Origin: an uncultured Anaerolineaceae bacterium
Lineage (GTDB): Bacteria; Chloroflexota; Anaerolineae; Anaerolineales; Villigracilaceae
Reading direction: 5' to 3'
Assembly: GCA_964560935.1 (NCBI GenBank)
Contig: CAZLOC010000001.1
Span: 1-48,084 of the forward strand
DNA: 48,084 nucleotides
The stretch's first letter is position 1; the number at the start of each line of letters is the position of its first letter. Below are positions 8,637-17,719 of the stretch, piece by piece. The notes below the pieces were generated by a model. That model was not told the origin of the DNA and made no database searches. It saw only the letters and a program-made list of their open reading frames with translations. The translations under genes were made by a program, and so were the position numbers.

Positions 8637-10526
8637 ATGGCTGAAGAAGATACCATGTTCCAGGAAGCGGTCGAGGCGTTGCGCCAGAAAGATAAGGCCA
8701 AGGCCAGAAACATGCTGACCCAACTGCTCAAATCGGATCAGAAAAACGTCCAGTATTGGATCTGGTTGAGCGCGGCGGTTGAATCCACCAAGGAACGCAT
8801 CTACTGCCTGCAGACGGCTCGTCAACTGGACCCTGAAAATGCCACCGTCAAACGAGGGTTGGTTTTGCTGGGGGCCATCCCACCAGACGAAAGCGTCCAA
8901 CCCTTCCCGTTAAATCGCCCTCGCTCGTGGGACGAAGAACTGGCTCTAGCCAGTGACCAGCCTAAAGAGAAAAGAACCTTCAAGAGCGTCATTTCTAGCC
9001 CTGTAGGACGACTGGCCGGTTTTGGAATCATAGGTATAGCCATCATCACCTTGGTTGTTTTTGGCCTGATCCTGCCAAATAACAATCCCCTCGCGCCGCG
9101 CAGCGCCAGACCGACTGGGCCAACACCCACCTATACGCTGACACCCACCTTCGCCAATGCGACTGCGCAGGCTCCCGCCGCGCGAGGTACGCTGGTTCCC
9201 CTGGCGGAACTGTTGGAAGCGCCACACACGCCCACGCCGCTCTATGTCAACACCCCACGCGGGCCTCTGTCTGCGGATCAAAACCGGATGGTAAAAGCTG
9301 CCTACGAACGCCAGGATTGGGATACAGTCATCTCCGGGATGCTGGAAATCGCCCGCAATGAGCCGGAGGCTGCTGATCCGTACTATTACATCGGTGAAGC
9401 CTACCGCTTCAAAGGCGATTACCGTAATGCATTGGATGCTTACAATGAAGCGCTCAGGATCAATCCTGATTTCGGTCCGCCTTTTCTCGGTTTGGCGCGC
9501 GTTCGCTTACTCCAAGAACCCAATTTAGATGTCAACTTTTTGTTTGTTGAGGCCCTGAAACGCGATCCCAACTTTGGTGAAGTCTATCTTGAGCGTGCCA
9601 TCTTCTATCTCAACCGCCTGGAGCCGGAACTGGCATTGGCCGACCTGAAGACGGCCGAAAGGCTTCTGCCCGGTTCCCCGCTGGTTTACTATTATGAAGC
9701 TCGCACCAATATTGTATTGGACAATCTCGATGAGGCTGAAGCTGCAGCGCTAAAGGCCAACGAAGCTGACCCGACGATGCTCTCGGTCTATTTCACCCTG
9801 GGAGAGATATACCTGGCAAAAGGCGAGTACGCAAAAGCCATCGATGTCTTACAGACTTACACAGGCTACGAGACGCGCAATGCGACAGCGCGGGCCATGC
9901 TCGGTGAAGCTTATTACCAAACCGGAGACTGTGAGGCAGCTATTGATGCGCTTGGAAGCGCCATTTCGATGAATTCGAGCCAGCGGCGGGCTTATCTTTA
10001 TCGAGGCTTATGCTACCTGCAAGAAGAAGAAATCGACGAAGCGAAGGCAGACCTGGATCGTGCCCAGCAATACTATCAAGATGATTTCGAACTCAACCTG
10101 AGCCTGATGCGTATCAGTATGCTTCAAGAGCGTTTTGGTGATGCCTATCTGCAAGGGGAAACTGTTTTAACTCTGGCTGAAACCGATGAAGAGAAAGCAC
10201 TGGCTTATTATTGGCGTGCGCTCAACTTCGAAGAGCGGGAAGAAGCGGACAATGCCGCCGATTCATGGCAGGAGTTGCTTGCACTGCCCGCAAACGCGAT
10301 GACGCGCCAGATGCGCGCCGAAGCACAGGAGCATCTCCCCAAACTCCGCACAGCGACTCCCAGTCCCACCTTAACCAAGAGACCCGTCACGCCTTCGGCA
10401 ACGAGAACGGCTACGTTACGCTCCGGCGCGGCAACCAGAACGCCTACACCAACCAGGACTCCGACACTGACAAAGACCAGGACTCCAACGCCGACCAGAA
10501 CGCCCTCACCCACGCCTACTCCATAG
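8637..10526 (+). CDS. membrane-anchored TPR-repeat protein with Pro/Thr-rich tail
   Basis: N-terminal TPR-like module, TM helix (GFGIIGIAIITLVVFGLIL), a long TPR array (repeated A..Y...G....A...Y..AL...P), and a C-terminal TRTPTP repeat. Confidence 0.8.
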   Translation: MAEEDTMFQEAVEALRQKDKAKARNMLTQLLKSDQKNVQYWIWLSAAVESTKERIYCLQTARQLDPENATVKRGLVLLGAIPPDESVQPFPLNRPRSWDEELALASDQPKEKRTFKSVISSPVGRLAGFGIIGIAIITLVVFGLILPNNNPLAPRSARPTGPTPTYTLTPTFANATAQAPAARGTLVPLAELLEAPHTPTPLYVNTPRGPLSADQNRMVKAAYERQDWDTVISGMLEIARNEPEAADPYYYIGEAYRFKGDYRNALDAYNEALRINPDFGPPFLGLARVRLLQEPNLDVNFLFVEALKRDPNFGEVYLERAIFYLNRLEPELALADLKTAERLLPGSPLVYYYEARTNIVLDNLDEAEAAALKANEADPTMLSVYFTLGEIYLAKGEYAKAIDVLQTYTGYETRNATARAMLGEAYYQTGDCEAAIDALGSAISMNSSQRRAYLYRGLCYLQEEEIDEAKADLDRAQQYYQDDFELNLSLMRISMLQERFGDAYLQGETVLTLAETDEEKALAYYWRALNFEEREEADNAADSWQELLALPANAMTRQMRAEAQEHLPKLRTATPSPTLTKRPVTPSATRTATLRSGAATRTPTPTRTPTLTKTRTPTPTRTPSPTPTP

Positions 10527-10534
10527 AAAAAAAA

Positions 10535-10562
10535 CCGCCCCCGTCTCAGTGACAGGGGCGGC
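10535..10562. terminator. bidirectional hairpin terminator between convergent genes
   Basis: aaaaaaaa-CCGCCCCcGTCtcagtGACaGGGGCGG-cttcaattt. The A-run and T-rich flanks serve both strands. Confidence 0.7.
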
Positions 10563-10577
10563 TTCAATTTGTGGAAT

Positions 10578-10919
10578 TCATTGTCCGCTGCGACATTCTT
10601 CGCAGGGGCATAAGGCTCGCAAATAATGCCAGTTGAAGATCCCATAATCATGTCCATCTTCCCAAACGATGGACAGCGCATACGAACCAACTGCCACGAC
10701 GTTCTCAATGCGTGTGGAAGGCGACTCTTCAAGCTCAATGCCGAATACGTTGGGGTCAGGTTCGCTGCCCATATTTTCGTGCCCACCCCGGCAGGAAGCG
10801 CAGGGACAGGCTGCACGCAGCAACCCAAACGGATAAACGCTAGTGTGCCCGTCGTCCCAGGTGACGGTGAATTCACGAGTCTTTTTGTTGGCAGTGATGC
10901 CGGTCGGTTTTTCGTTCAT
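10578..10919 (-). CDS. DUF971 family protein (gamma-butyrobetaine-hydroxylase-like N-terminal Zn-binding fold)
   Basis: FTVTWDDGHTSVYPFGLLRAACPCASCRG ... ALSIVWEDGHDYGIFNWHYLRALCPCEEC is a duplicated DUF971 pattern with two CPCxxC motifs. I prefer the ATG at 10919 (GGAG 6 nt upstream) to the track start at 10931. Confidence 0.75.
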   Translation of the reverse strand: MNEKPTGITANKKTREFTVTWDDGHTSVYPFGLLRAACPCASCRGGHENMGSEPDPNVFGIELEESPSTRIENVVAVGSYALSIVWEDGHDYGIFNWHYLRALCPCEECRSGQ

Positions 10920-10932
10920 ATACATCTCCATT

Positions 10933-10988
10933 CCCCTCTCCCTTGTAGGGAGCCCCCATCGGGGATAATAAGGGGCCAGGGGTGAGGG
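10933..10988. repeat. REP-like GC-rich palindromic element, family A (CCCCTCTCC ... GGGGCC.GGGGTGAGG)
   Basis: CCCCTCTCCcttgtagggagcccccatcggggataataaGGGGCCaGGGGTGAGGG. It shares both termini with the copies at 14181-14255 and 37513-37567. Confidence 0.65.
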
Positions 10989-10994
10989 TGAAAG

Positions 10995-11483
10995 TTACGG
11001 TGAAGGGATTGCTCCCAAAAAATCTGCCGCCGCCCAGCCGGCGCGGGTTTCATCATAGGGGGCCACCAAATACCACCAGACGTATCCATCCGATTCCTGT
11101 GGCCCATCGCGCACTTCGAAGACTTCCTCGTCATAACCGAGAAAGACAGGGGCGCCGTTTAAACCGGAACTGGAACGCAGGCGCAGGCCTTCGCCATCCG
11201 TGCCGGTGATCTGTACGTAGCCGCCCACGCCAATCACGTCAGGAGCCAGGGTGGGGGTGCCAACGAGCAACGGGTCGGGCGTAAAGGTCGGGGTGACGTT
11301 GGGGGTAGAGGTTGGAGCCGGGATTATGGTCAAATCAGCGGGAGCAAACCCAAGGTCCCGAACAGGATCCGGCTTTGTCCATCCGATAGATATCAGTGTA
11401 ACAAGGATAAGCAGTCCGGCAACGCCCAGCGCCCCAAGTACAACACGTATGTTTACAATAGGTGAAAGGTTGTTTTGATTCAT
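10995..11483 (-). CDS. membrane-anchored SH3b-like domain protein
   Basis: N-terminal TM (VVLGALGVAGLLILVTLISIGW), a PT linker, then GGYVQITGTDGEGLRLRSSSG...VFEVRDGPQESDGYVWWYLV, typical of bacterial SH3 domains. Confidence 0.6.
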   Translation of the reverse strand: MNQNNLSPIVNIRVVLGALGVAGLLILVTLISIGWTKPDPVRDLGFAPADLTIIPAPTSTPNVTPTFTPDPLLVGTPTLAPDVIGVGGYVQITGTDGEGLRLRSSSGLNGAPVFLGYDEEVFEVRDGPQESDGYVWWYLVAPYDETRAGWAAADFLGAIPSP

Positions 11484-11486
11484 AGA

Positions 11487-12428
11487 TCAGTTTGCATTCT
11501 GTAAAAGATGAAGGGAGTCGGGCGGCATCAGCAATCTTAATGCCCGCTTTTGGACCGTGATATTTGCCTCCTTTGTGGCGTCCTTTGGCTCGGCATCCAT
11601 GTGCACAAAGAAGGGCGACTCCGCCTGTACCCGCAGGGATTGGAAGGCGATGCGCTGGGCCTCGCTGGAATTGACGTGATGCCCGCGCCATAACTCGTAT
11701 GCGATGCGGAAGGCATCGGCCAGGCTGTCGCCCTGAAAGAGCCACAGGTCGAGCAGGCCATCGTCGAGATACGCATTCGGCGAAAGGATGGAATGGCCGC
11801 CCATATAGCGACGGATGTTGTTGGCAACGGTCAAAAGATAATGGCCTTCGATTTCCTTCTCATCGACCCACAAGCGCAGGCGGATGCCGCTCCACTGGCT
11901 GGCGTTCCAGATGGTGGATGCGGCATATTCAGGCACAGCAAAGAATTTTTCGAGGCGGACGCGCGGCTCGATGGAGCGGATTGCCAATGCATCCAACCCC
12001 ATGCCCGCCCACATCATGAATGAATGCTCATTGCACTGACCCATATCCACGCGCTGGACAGGTGCGTTTGCCAAGGTGCGCGCATTTTCCTGCAAGCGCC
12101 CGGGATAGGCCCAGGTAAAAGACGGCAAACCAAGCTCTTGCGCCCAGACGTTGGATGTGCCTGCCGGCAAGACGCCCAACGCGGTCTCGGAACCGAGCAA
12201 TCCACCGGCGACCTGGCCAACCGTGCCATCCCCGCCGACGGCAAAAGCCGCCTCATATCCCTCAGCCGCGGCCTGCTCTCCGAGTCGGACAGCGTGATCG
12301 CCGCTCTGGGTGGCGACGATGTCGGTTTGCCAACCAGCCTTGACGAGTTCCTTCTCGATGGCTTTCAGGAATGGCTTGACCGGGAAGCGTCCCGCCGCAG
12401 GGTTATAGATGACCAGCGCTTTACGCAT
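11487..12428 (-). CDS. diacylglycerol/lipid kinase family protein (YegS/BmrU-like)
   Basis: ALVIYNPAAGR ... AFAVGGDGTVGQVAGGL ... LGVLPAGTSNVWA are DAGK_cat motifs. Starting at ATG 12428 (MRKALVIYNP) avoids overlap with the divergent kinase gene; the track start is 12497. Confidence 0.85.
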   Translation of the reverse strand: MRKALVIYNPAAGRFPVKPFLKAIEKELVKAGWQTDIVATQSGDHAVRLGEQAAAEGYEAAFAVGGDGTVGQVAGGLLGSETALGVLPAGTSNVWAQELGLPSFTWAYPGRLQENARTLANAPVQRVDMGQCNEHSFMMWAGMGLDALAIRSIEPRVRLEKFFAVPEYAASTIWNASQWSGIRLRLWVDEKEIEGHYLLTVANNIRRYMGGHSILSPNAYLDDGLLDLWLFQGDSLADAFRIAYELWRGHHVNSSEAQRIAFQSLRVQAESPFFVHMDAEPKDATKEANITVQKRALRLLMPPDSLHLLQNAN

Positions 12429-12471
12429 GGGCGAATTATAACGCCCTTGGGATGATATAATCATTTTCGCT

Positions 12472-13518
12472 ATGCAAGAAGGCACTCTGCTCAACAATCG
12501 TTATCAATTGCTCCAGCGTGTCGGCACGGGCGGCATGGCTGAAGTGTTTCGCGCGCGCGATTCCATGCTCGAACGCTACGTTGCCATCAAGGTGCTGCGC
12601 GCCGAGTATACGGAGAATAAATCCTTCCAGGAGCGCTTTCGACAGGAGGCGCGCGCGGCAGCCAACCTGTCACACCCCAATATCGTCACTGTGCACGATT
12701 TTGGACTGGACCGCGGGCAGTTGTTCATCGTCATGGAACATGTCCCCGGCACGGATTTGAAGACCATGCTGCGCCAACGCGGACGGTTTACGGTCGAGGA
12801 GACCATCCCATTGATCGTGCAGGCCTGTGCAGGCATCGGTTACGCTCACCGCGCCGGTCTGGTGCATTGCGATGTCAAGCCGCATAACATGTTGGTCACA
12901 CCGGATAAACGTCTCAAAGTGACTGACTTTGGGATTGCGCGTGCGCTGGCCACTATTCACCCCGGAGAGCGCAGCGATGTAGTCTGGGGCTCACCGCAAT
13001 ACTTTTCACCGGAGCAAGCGGCGGGTGAGCCTCCCTCCCCGGCTTCGGATGTTTATTCGTTGGGTGTTGTGCTCTACGAACTGCTCACTGGTTCCCTGCC
13101 CTTCAATGCCGCCACTCCTGAAGAACTGGCGCGCATGCACCTGGACGCCCGGCCGCATCCCATCCGCGAATATTTGCCGGATATTCCTGAAACTCTCGAA
13201 CAAATCGTCGACAAGGTGCTTTCGAAAGAACCTTCCGCGCGTTATCGCACGGCCGACCAGTTCGGACGTGTCCTGTTGCGCTTTGGGACACAGTCACAGC
13301 CGGAGACAGCGCCTGAGCTATCTCTGACGCCCGAAGCCTCCCCAACCTATCAGCCGGAGCCCGAACCGGTCTACTACACGGACCCGGAGCCTGCTGCCCC
13401 TGCACTTGATATCGACTGGGCCTCAGTCGCTCTCGGCCTGCTGGCCCTGATCGCTGTCGGTGGCTTGATCCCATTCTGGATGTGGGTCTATTTCACCTAT
13501 AATCCGCCCATTCGCTAA
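12472..13518 (+). CDS. Ser/Thr protein kinase, C-terminally membrane-anchored, no extracellular domain
   Basis: Hanks motifs GTGGMAEVF, VAIKVL, HCDVKPHNML, DFGIAR and SPEQ, plus a single TM (VALGLLALIAVGGLIPFWMWVYF) 8 aa before the stop. The stop overlaps the rpe ATG (TAATG). Confidence 0.9.
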   Translation: MQEGTLLNNRYQLLQRVGTGGMAEVFRARDSMLERYVAIKVLRAEYTENKSFQERFRQEARAAANLSHPNIVTVHDFGLDRGQLFIVMEHVPGTDLKTMLRQRGRFTVEETIPLIVQACAGIGYAHRAGLVHCDVKPHNMLVTPDKRLKVTDFGIARALATIHPGERSDVVWGSPQYFSPEQAAGEPPSPASDVYSLGVVLYELLTGSLPFNAATPEELARMHLDARPHPIREYLPDIPETLEQIVDKVLSKEPSARYRTADQFGRVLLRFGTQSQPETAPELSLTPEASPTYQPEPEPVYYTDPEPAAPALDIDWASVALGLLALIAVGGLIPFWMWVYFTYNPPIR

Positions 13519-14177
13519 TGACCGACAATTTTATTATTGCACCATCTATCCTTTCATCCGATTTCCTGAATTTAGGCGATGTACTGCAAGCCTGCCAATC
13601 CGCGGGCGCAGACTGGGTCCACGTCGACGTGATGGACGGCCAATTTGTCCCCAACCTGACGATGGGACCCTTTATCGTCAAGCACTGCCGCCGCGGGATG
13701 GATTTGCCGCTGGACGTGCACCTGATGGTCGAAAAACCGGAAAACCTGCTGGAAGCTTTCGCCGAAGCGGGCGCATCTCATTTGACTGTCCATGTAGAAA
13801 CTTGCCCACATCTGCACCGCACCCTGGAAGACATCAAATCATTGGGATGCAAGGCGGGCGTCACACTCAACCCAGGCACACCGGCTGCGTCCATTTTTCC
13901 AGTGCTGCCTTTTGTGGATCTGGTACTAGTGATGAGCGTCGATCCGGGTTTTTCTGGCGGTACCTATATTCCGGAAATGGTCAGCAAAGTAGCCGAGATT
14001 CGCCGCAAGCTGGACGAAATCGGTTCCTCCGCCTGGCTGGAAGTGGACGGCGGAATCTCCCCCGAAACCCTGCCCGAGATGAAAGCCGCCGGTGCGACCG
14101 CATTTGTATCGGCCACGTCGATTTTCAAGCACCCGGGTGGCATTGTGGCGGGGATTGCTGCGTTGCGAAATTCATAA
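13518..14177 (+). CDS. rpe: ribulose-phosphate 3-epimerase
   Basis: IAPSILSSDF...GADWVHVDVMDGQFVPNLTMGP...DVHLMV...MSVDPGFSGG...EVDGGI is the full set of Rpe signatures. Confidence 0.95.
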   Translation: MTDNFIIAPSILSSDFLNLGDVLQACQSAGADWVHVDVMDGQFVPNLTMGPFIVKHCRRGMDLPLDVHLMVEKPENLLEAFAEAGASHLTVHVETCPHLHRTLEDIKSLGCKAGVTLNPGTPAASIFPVLPFVDLVLVMSVDPGFSGGTYIPEMVSKVAEIRRKLDEIGSSAWLEVDGGISPETLPEMKAAGATAFVSATSIFKHPGGIVAGIAALRNS

Positions 14178-14180
14178 AAT

Positions 14181-14255
14181 CCCTCACCTCTGCCCCTCTC
14201 CCAAAGGGAGAGGAGAACTCCCCTACCCTTGCGGGGGAGGGGCCGGGGGTGAGGG
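14181..14255. repeat. REP-like GC-rich palindromic element, family A
   Basis: CCCTCACCtctgCCCCTCTCCcaaaggGAGAGGagaactCCCCtacccttgcGGGGgaGGGGCCgGGGGTGAGGG is a nested imperfect palindrome directly after the rpe stop. Confidence 0.7.
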
Positions 14256-14260
14256 AAAAT

Positions 14261-14290
14261 AAAAAATCACGGCTTGAGCCGCGATTTTTA
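14261..14290. terminator. bidirectional rho-independent terminator (rpe / rpmB convergent)
   Basis: aaaaaATCACGGCttgaGCCGCGATttttta is a hairpin flanked by an A-run and a T-run. Confidence 0.7.
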
Positions 14291-14310
14291 TCAATCAGGA
14301 AAGGAACGAG

Positions 14311-14496
14311 TTACGCTTTGGTTTTGGTCATGGTGCGGATGCACTTGGCACACAGCACCTTCTTGACCTTGCGACTGCCCTCATAAACCGTCACCTTTTG
14401 CAGGTTGGGTTTGAACGTGCGATTGGTTGCACGCATTGAGAACGACCGGCTGTGACCAAAAGTCGTCGTCTTTCCGCAGTGAGCACACTTAGCCAT
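14311..14496 (-). CDS. rpmB: 50S ribosomal protein L28
   Basis: MAKCAHCGKTTTFGHSRSFSMRATNRTFKPNLQKVTVYEGSRKVKKVLCAKCIRTMTK is 61 aa from the ATG at 14496. The track ORF extends spuriously to 14604. Confidence 0.9.
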   Translation of the reverse strand: MAKCAHCGKTTTFGHSRSFSMRATNRTFKPNLQKVTVYEGSRKVKKVLCAKCIRTMTKTKA

Positions 14497-14618
14497 CTTA
14501 CAAATTCCTTTCTTGCTATAATTCCAGAGTTCTGGCTTGCTCTCGCAAGCACAGCATTCTACCACACATCGTATCCTTCTACAAGAAGAATTGTTAATAA
14601 TCAACAGAGGATTGAACT

Positions 14619-14975
14619 ATGGGCGAAGAAACTACATCTTTAGGTGGCATCCACATCGCACCCAATGCTGTCGCAACCATTGCATACCATGCCACGCTGG
14701 AATCATACGGCGTGGTGGGGCTGGCCCCCAAGAATCTGGCAGAGGGACTGGCGCATACCATTACACGTGAGCCGACCCGCGGGGTTTCGGTTGCGTACGA
14801 TGGGGAAAACGTGGATATCGAACTCTACATTGTCGTGGAATACGGCACGCGCATTGCATCTGTAGCAAACAGTGTTGCCAATACGGTGCGTTACCACGTA
14901 GAAAAAGCGTTGGGGTTACGCGTCAACACCATCAATGTGCACGTGGCCGGTCTGCGTGTCAGCAACACCGACTAA
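14619..14975 (+). CDS. Asp23/Gls24 family envelope stress protein (YloU-like)
   Basis: GGIHIAPNAVATIAYHATLESYGVVGL...VDIELYIVVEYGTRIASVANSVANTVRYHVEKALGL matches the Asp23 family pattern. Confidence 0.85.
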   Translation: MGEETTSLGGIHIAPNAVATIAYHATLESYGVVGLAPKNLAEGLAHTITREPTRGVSVAYDGENVDIELYIVVEYGTRIASVANSVANTVRYHVEKALGLRVNTINVHVAGLRVSNTD

Positions 14976-14997
14976 GACCAGAGGAGCAGGAGACAGT

Positions 14998-16680
14998 ATG
15001 GGTTTGGATTCCACGGACACACAGAAACGGCTGGAGAAATTTCGCAAGGCTCCCATGGATGGGCAGTCGCTTAAGCGGCTGGTGGAAGCCGGCCTGACCT
15101 GGCTGCGCACCAACCAGCAGATGGTCAATGCGCTGAACGTCTTCCCTGTCCCGGATGGCGATACGGGCACCAACATGGTGTTGACCATGCAATCGGCGTA
15201 CAACGAGATCAGCACGCTGGGCCATCGCGGCGTTGGTGATATGGCGGCGGCAGTCTCGCAGGGCGCGTTGATGGGCGCGCGCGGCAACTCGGGCGTCATC
15301 CTGTCACAGTTGTGGCGCGGCTTTTCGCGCGGCTTGCAGGGGCAGGAAGTGCTGGATGGCCCAGGGCTGGCCAAGGCATTTGCGGAAGCACGCGATACAG
15401 CCTATAAGGGCGTTGTCCGCCCGGTGGAGGGGACGATCCTGACCGTCGCCAAGGATGTGGCTGCGGCAACGGAAGCAGCCCTGGCGTTCACGCAAGACCC
15501 GATTGAAATTCTTGCCCTGGCGGTAAAAGCAGCGGACGAATCGGTCGAGCGGACCCCGGAACTGCTCCCGGTTCTCAAGCAGGCCGGTGTGGTCGACTCG
15601 GGCGGTATGGGCTTGTTCTTAATCTTGGAGGGCATGTTGCGTCACATTTATGGCGATCCGTTGGATACACCGCTGGCCTCGGTCCAGCCGCTTTCGGCAT
15701 TAGACTTTGAAAGCGCCATGCAGGAAGTCGAAGAGGGGCAGGATTTCGAGGTGGTGGTGGATTTCTACCCCGAAGCCGAATTGAATCTACCATCATTCTA
15801 TGGCAAGCTGGAAGAGATGGGCACATCCATTCAGGTGGGCGAGGGCGACGGCATGTACCGCATGCACATCCACGTGCCGCTGGAAAACCGCTACCTGCCG
15901 ATCGATTACATCATGGGGCTGGGGACGATTACCAAAGTGGCGATGGAGAACCTGGTCGCACAGATGGACGAAATCGACCAGCAGTCCAAAGGCGACAAGA
16001 TCGAACTGGCCAATATCGAGCCGGGACAGATCGCCGTGGTGACCGTCTCGCCGGGACCGGGACTGAGCCGCATCTTTGCCAGCCTGGGTGTGGCAGCCAT
16101 TGTAGAGGGCGGGCAGACTATGAATCCCAGCACGCAGGAAATCCTGGCGGCCTTCGAAAACCTGCCAACTGATAAGGTCATTATTTTGCCAAACAACAAG
16201 AATATAGTCATGGCTGCCAATCAGGCGAAAGATGTAACGGTCAAGAATGTAAAGGTAGTGCCCAGCCGCAATATCCCGCAGGGATTATCAGCCATGCTGG
16301 CACTTAACCCGGACGGCGATGTCGAGGCCGTTGCAGAGAAGATGAACAAATCGCTGGCGCTGGTGAAAGCCGGCGAGATCACGATTGCGACGCGCAGTGT
16401 GGAAATCGATGGCGTCAACGTAGAACAGGGCCAGGTGATTGCACTCCTGGATGGCAAACTGGTCTGTTCTGCAAAATCCGTGGAAGAAAGCTGTCTATGT
16501 ATGTTAGGCAAAGCCAAAGCCGATGAGCATGAATTGATCACGCTCTTCTATGGTGAAGACCTGAGCGCCACCGATGCCAACCGCATTGCCGATAAAGTGC
16601 GCGAAGCCTACCCGGGGCAGGAGCTCGAAGTCCAGGATGGCGGGCAGCCACATTATCAGTTCATTATTTCGGTAGAATAA
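14998..16680 (+). CDS. DAK2 domain fusion protein (YloV-like)
   Basis: VFPVPDGDTGTNM...GARGNSGVILSQ (Dak2 phosphate-binding motifs) plus a C-terminal DegV-like/YloV region. The ATG at 14998 follows GGAGCAGGAG; the track start is 14935. Confidence 0.9.
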   Translation: MGLDSTDTQKRLEKFRKAPMDGQSLKRLVEAGLTWLRTNQQMVNALNVFPVPDGDTGTNMVLTMQSAYNEISTLGHRGVGDMAAAVSQGALMGARGNSGVILSQLWRGFSRGLQGQEVLDGPGLAKAFAEARDTAYKGVVRPVEGTILTVAKDVAAATEAALAFTQDPIEILALAVKAADESVERTPELLPVLKQAGVVDSGGMGLFLILEGMLRHIYGDPLDTPLASVQPLSALDFESAMQEVEEGQDFEVVVDFYPEAELNLPSFYGKLEEMGTSIQVGEGDGMYRMHIHVPLENRYLPIDYIMGLGTITKVAMENLVAQMDEIDQQSKGDKIELANIEPGQIAVVTVSPGPGLSRIFASLGVAAIVEGGQTMNPSTQEILAAFENLPTDKVIILPNNKNIVMAANQAKDVTVKNVKVVPSRNIPQGLSAMLALNPDGDVEAVAEKMNKSLALVKAGEITIATRSVEIDGVNVEQGQVIALLDGKLVCSAKSVEESCLCMLGKAKADEHELITLFYGEDLSATDANRIADKVREAYPGQELEVQDGGQPHYQFIISVE

Positions 16681-16742
16681 CCTTGTTCTTCCAGCAGTTG
16701 AACTGCGGGAAGAAATTCCACTTACTTGTCGGGGTTTGCTTC

Positions 16743-16766
16743 CTTCGGGAGTGCTTTGCGAAGACC
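16743..16766. repeat. dispersed repeat core CTTCGGGAGTGCTTTGCGAAGACC (family C), intergenic copy
   Basis: 22 of 24 nt are identical to 36841-36864 inside acnA (hand alignment, mismatches at positions 14 and 17). It is embedded in a GGGGT...ACCCC hairpin. Confidence 0.6.
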
Positions 16767-16797
16767 CCCGCCAAACTTATCAGGATGGAAATAGAAT

Positions 16798-17640
16798 ATG
16801 AAACTTGGCATTGTCACTGATTCCACTTCCGACCTCCCACAGCACATCATCGATGAGCACGAGATTGAACTTGTCCCGGCAGTGCTCGTCGTGGACGGCA
16901 AGTCCTATGCGGACGGCAAAGGCATCTCCCGCGAAGAGTATTACACGCGCCTGCCGGACATGCAACAGCCGCCTACCACGGCAGCGCCTTCCACTGGCGA
17001 TTTTGCGGAACGCTTCCAGAGATTGTTCGATTCTGGCTGCGATCACATTCTCTCCATCCACGCCGCAGTAGAGTTGACCGCCATCGTCAGCGTGGCGCGC
17101 CTGGCTGCACATGGCTTTCGTGAGCGCATCACCGTGCTGGATAGCGGTTCGTTGACTCTGGGCCTCGGTTTTCAAGTATTGGCAGCCGTTCAGGCTAGAT
17201 TAGAAGGGTTGAGTCTGGAGAGTATCCTGGCTGCCATTCGTTCTGCGCGAGAACGGACAAAGGTCATGGCCGCATTGGACACGATGGAATACCTGCGCCG
17301 CAGCGGGCGTGTCCCGAGCGCGGTGGCCGCCCTGGGTGGCTTATTGAGCATCAAACCGATAGTCGAACTTTTGAATGGCGAAGTCAAACCCCTCGGCGCG
17401 GTGCGGACGACCCGCCAGGCCGGCGAACGCATCTACAACGCCTTGCGAGAACTCGGCCCGTTGGAGCGCCTGGCGATTTTGCATACCAATGCCGAACATC
17501 GCGCCCGTCAACTGCTGGATGAACTCATGCAGACCGTCAGCCAGTCCATCCCGCGCGATATTTTGATGGTCAATGTGACTACGGTGATCGGTACGCATGT
17601 CGGACCGAATGGGCTGGGGTTTGCGGCGGTGAGAGCCTAG
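16798..17640 (+). CDS. DegV family fatty-acid-binding protein
   Basis: MKLGIVTDSTSDLP...PTTAAPSTGDF...ILSIHAAVELTAIV...GRVP is the DegV signature. Confidence 0.9.
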   Translation: MKLGIVTDSTSDLPQHIIDEHEIELVPAVLVVDGKSYADGKGISREEYYTRLPDMQQPPTTAAPSTGDFAERFQRLFDSGCDHILSIHAAVELTAIVSVARLAAHGFRERITVLDSGSLTLGLGFQVLAAVQARLEGLSLESILAAIRSARERTKVMAALDTMEYLRRSGRVPSAVAALGGLLSIKPIVELLNGEVKPLGAVRTTRQAGERIYNALRELGPLERLAILHTNAEHRARQLLDELMQTVSQSIPRDILMVNVTTVIGTHVGPNGLGFAAVRA

Positions 17641-17643
17641 TTC

Positions 17644-17683
17644 TTACGCAGATTGCGCAGAAGAATCTGTGAAATCTGCGTAA
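17644..17683. repeat. perfect 11-bp inverted repeat hairpin after degV (REP/terminator-like)
   Basis: TTACGCAGATT (17644-17654) and AATCTGCGTAA (17673-17683). The loop holds a mini-palindrome cagaAGAAtctg. No T-tract follows. Confidence 0.5.
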
Positions 17684-17719
17684 TCTACGGATACTTCTTC
17701 CCCGTGATAAAATACCCTC

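Noticed and set aside
10434-10526. Tandem repeats considered as a possible CRISPR or minisatellite
   Set aside because: The repeats are contiguous, in frame and coding (TRTPTP), with no spacers. No CRISPR-like array exists anywhere in the window.
10541-10556. CAGTG in the hairpin loop between the TPR and DUF971 genes, considered as an IRE-like aconitase-binding site
   Set aside because: The loop and stem geometry does not match the C-bulge/CAGUGN consensus. The structure is adequately explained as a bidirectional terminator.
14497-14604. N-terminal 36-codon extension of the L28 ORF in the track
   Set aside because: L28 homologues start at MAKC. The extension is Cys-rich and runs into the divergent promoter region.
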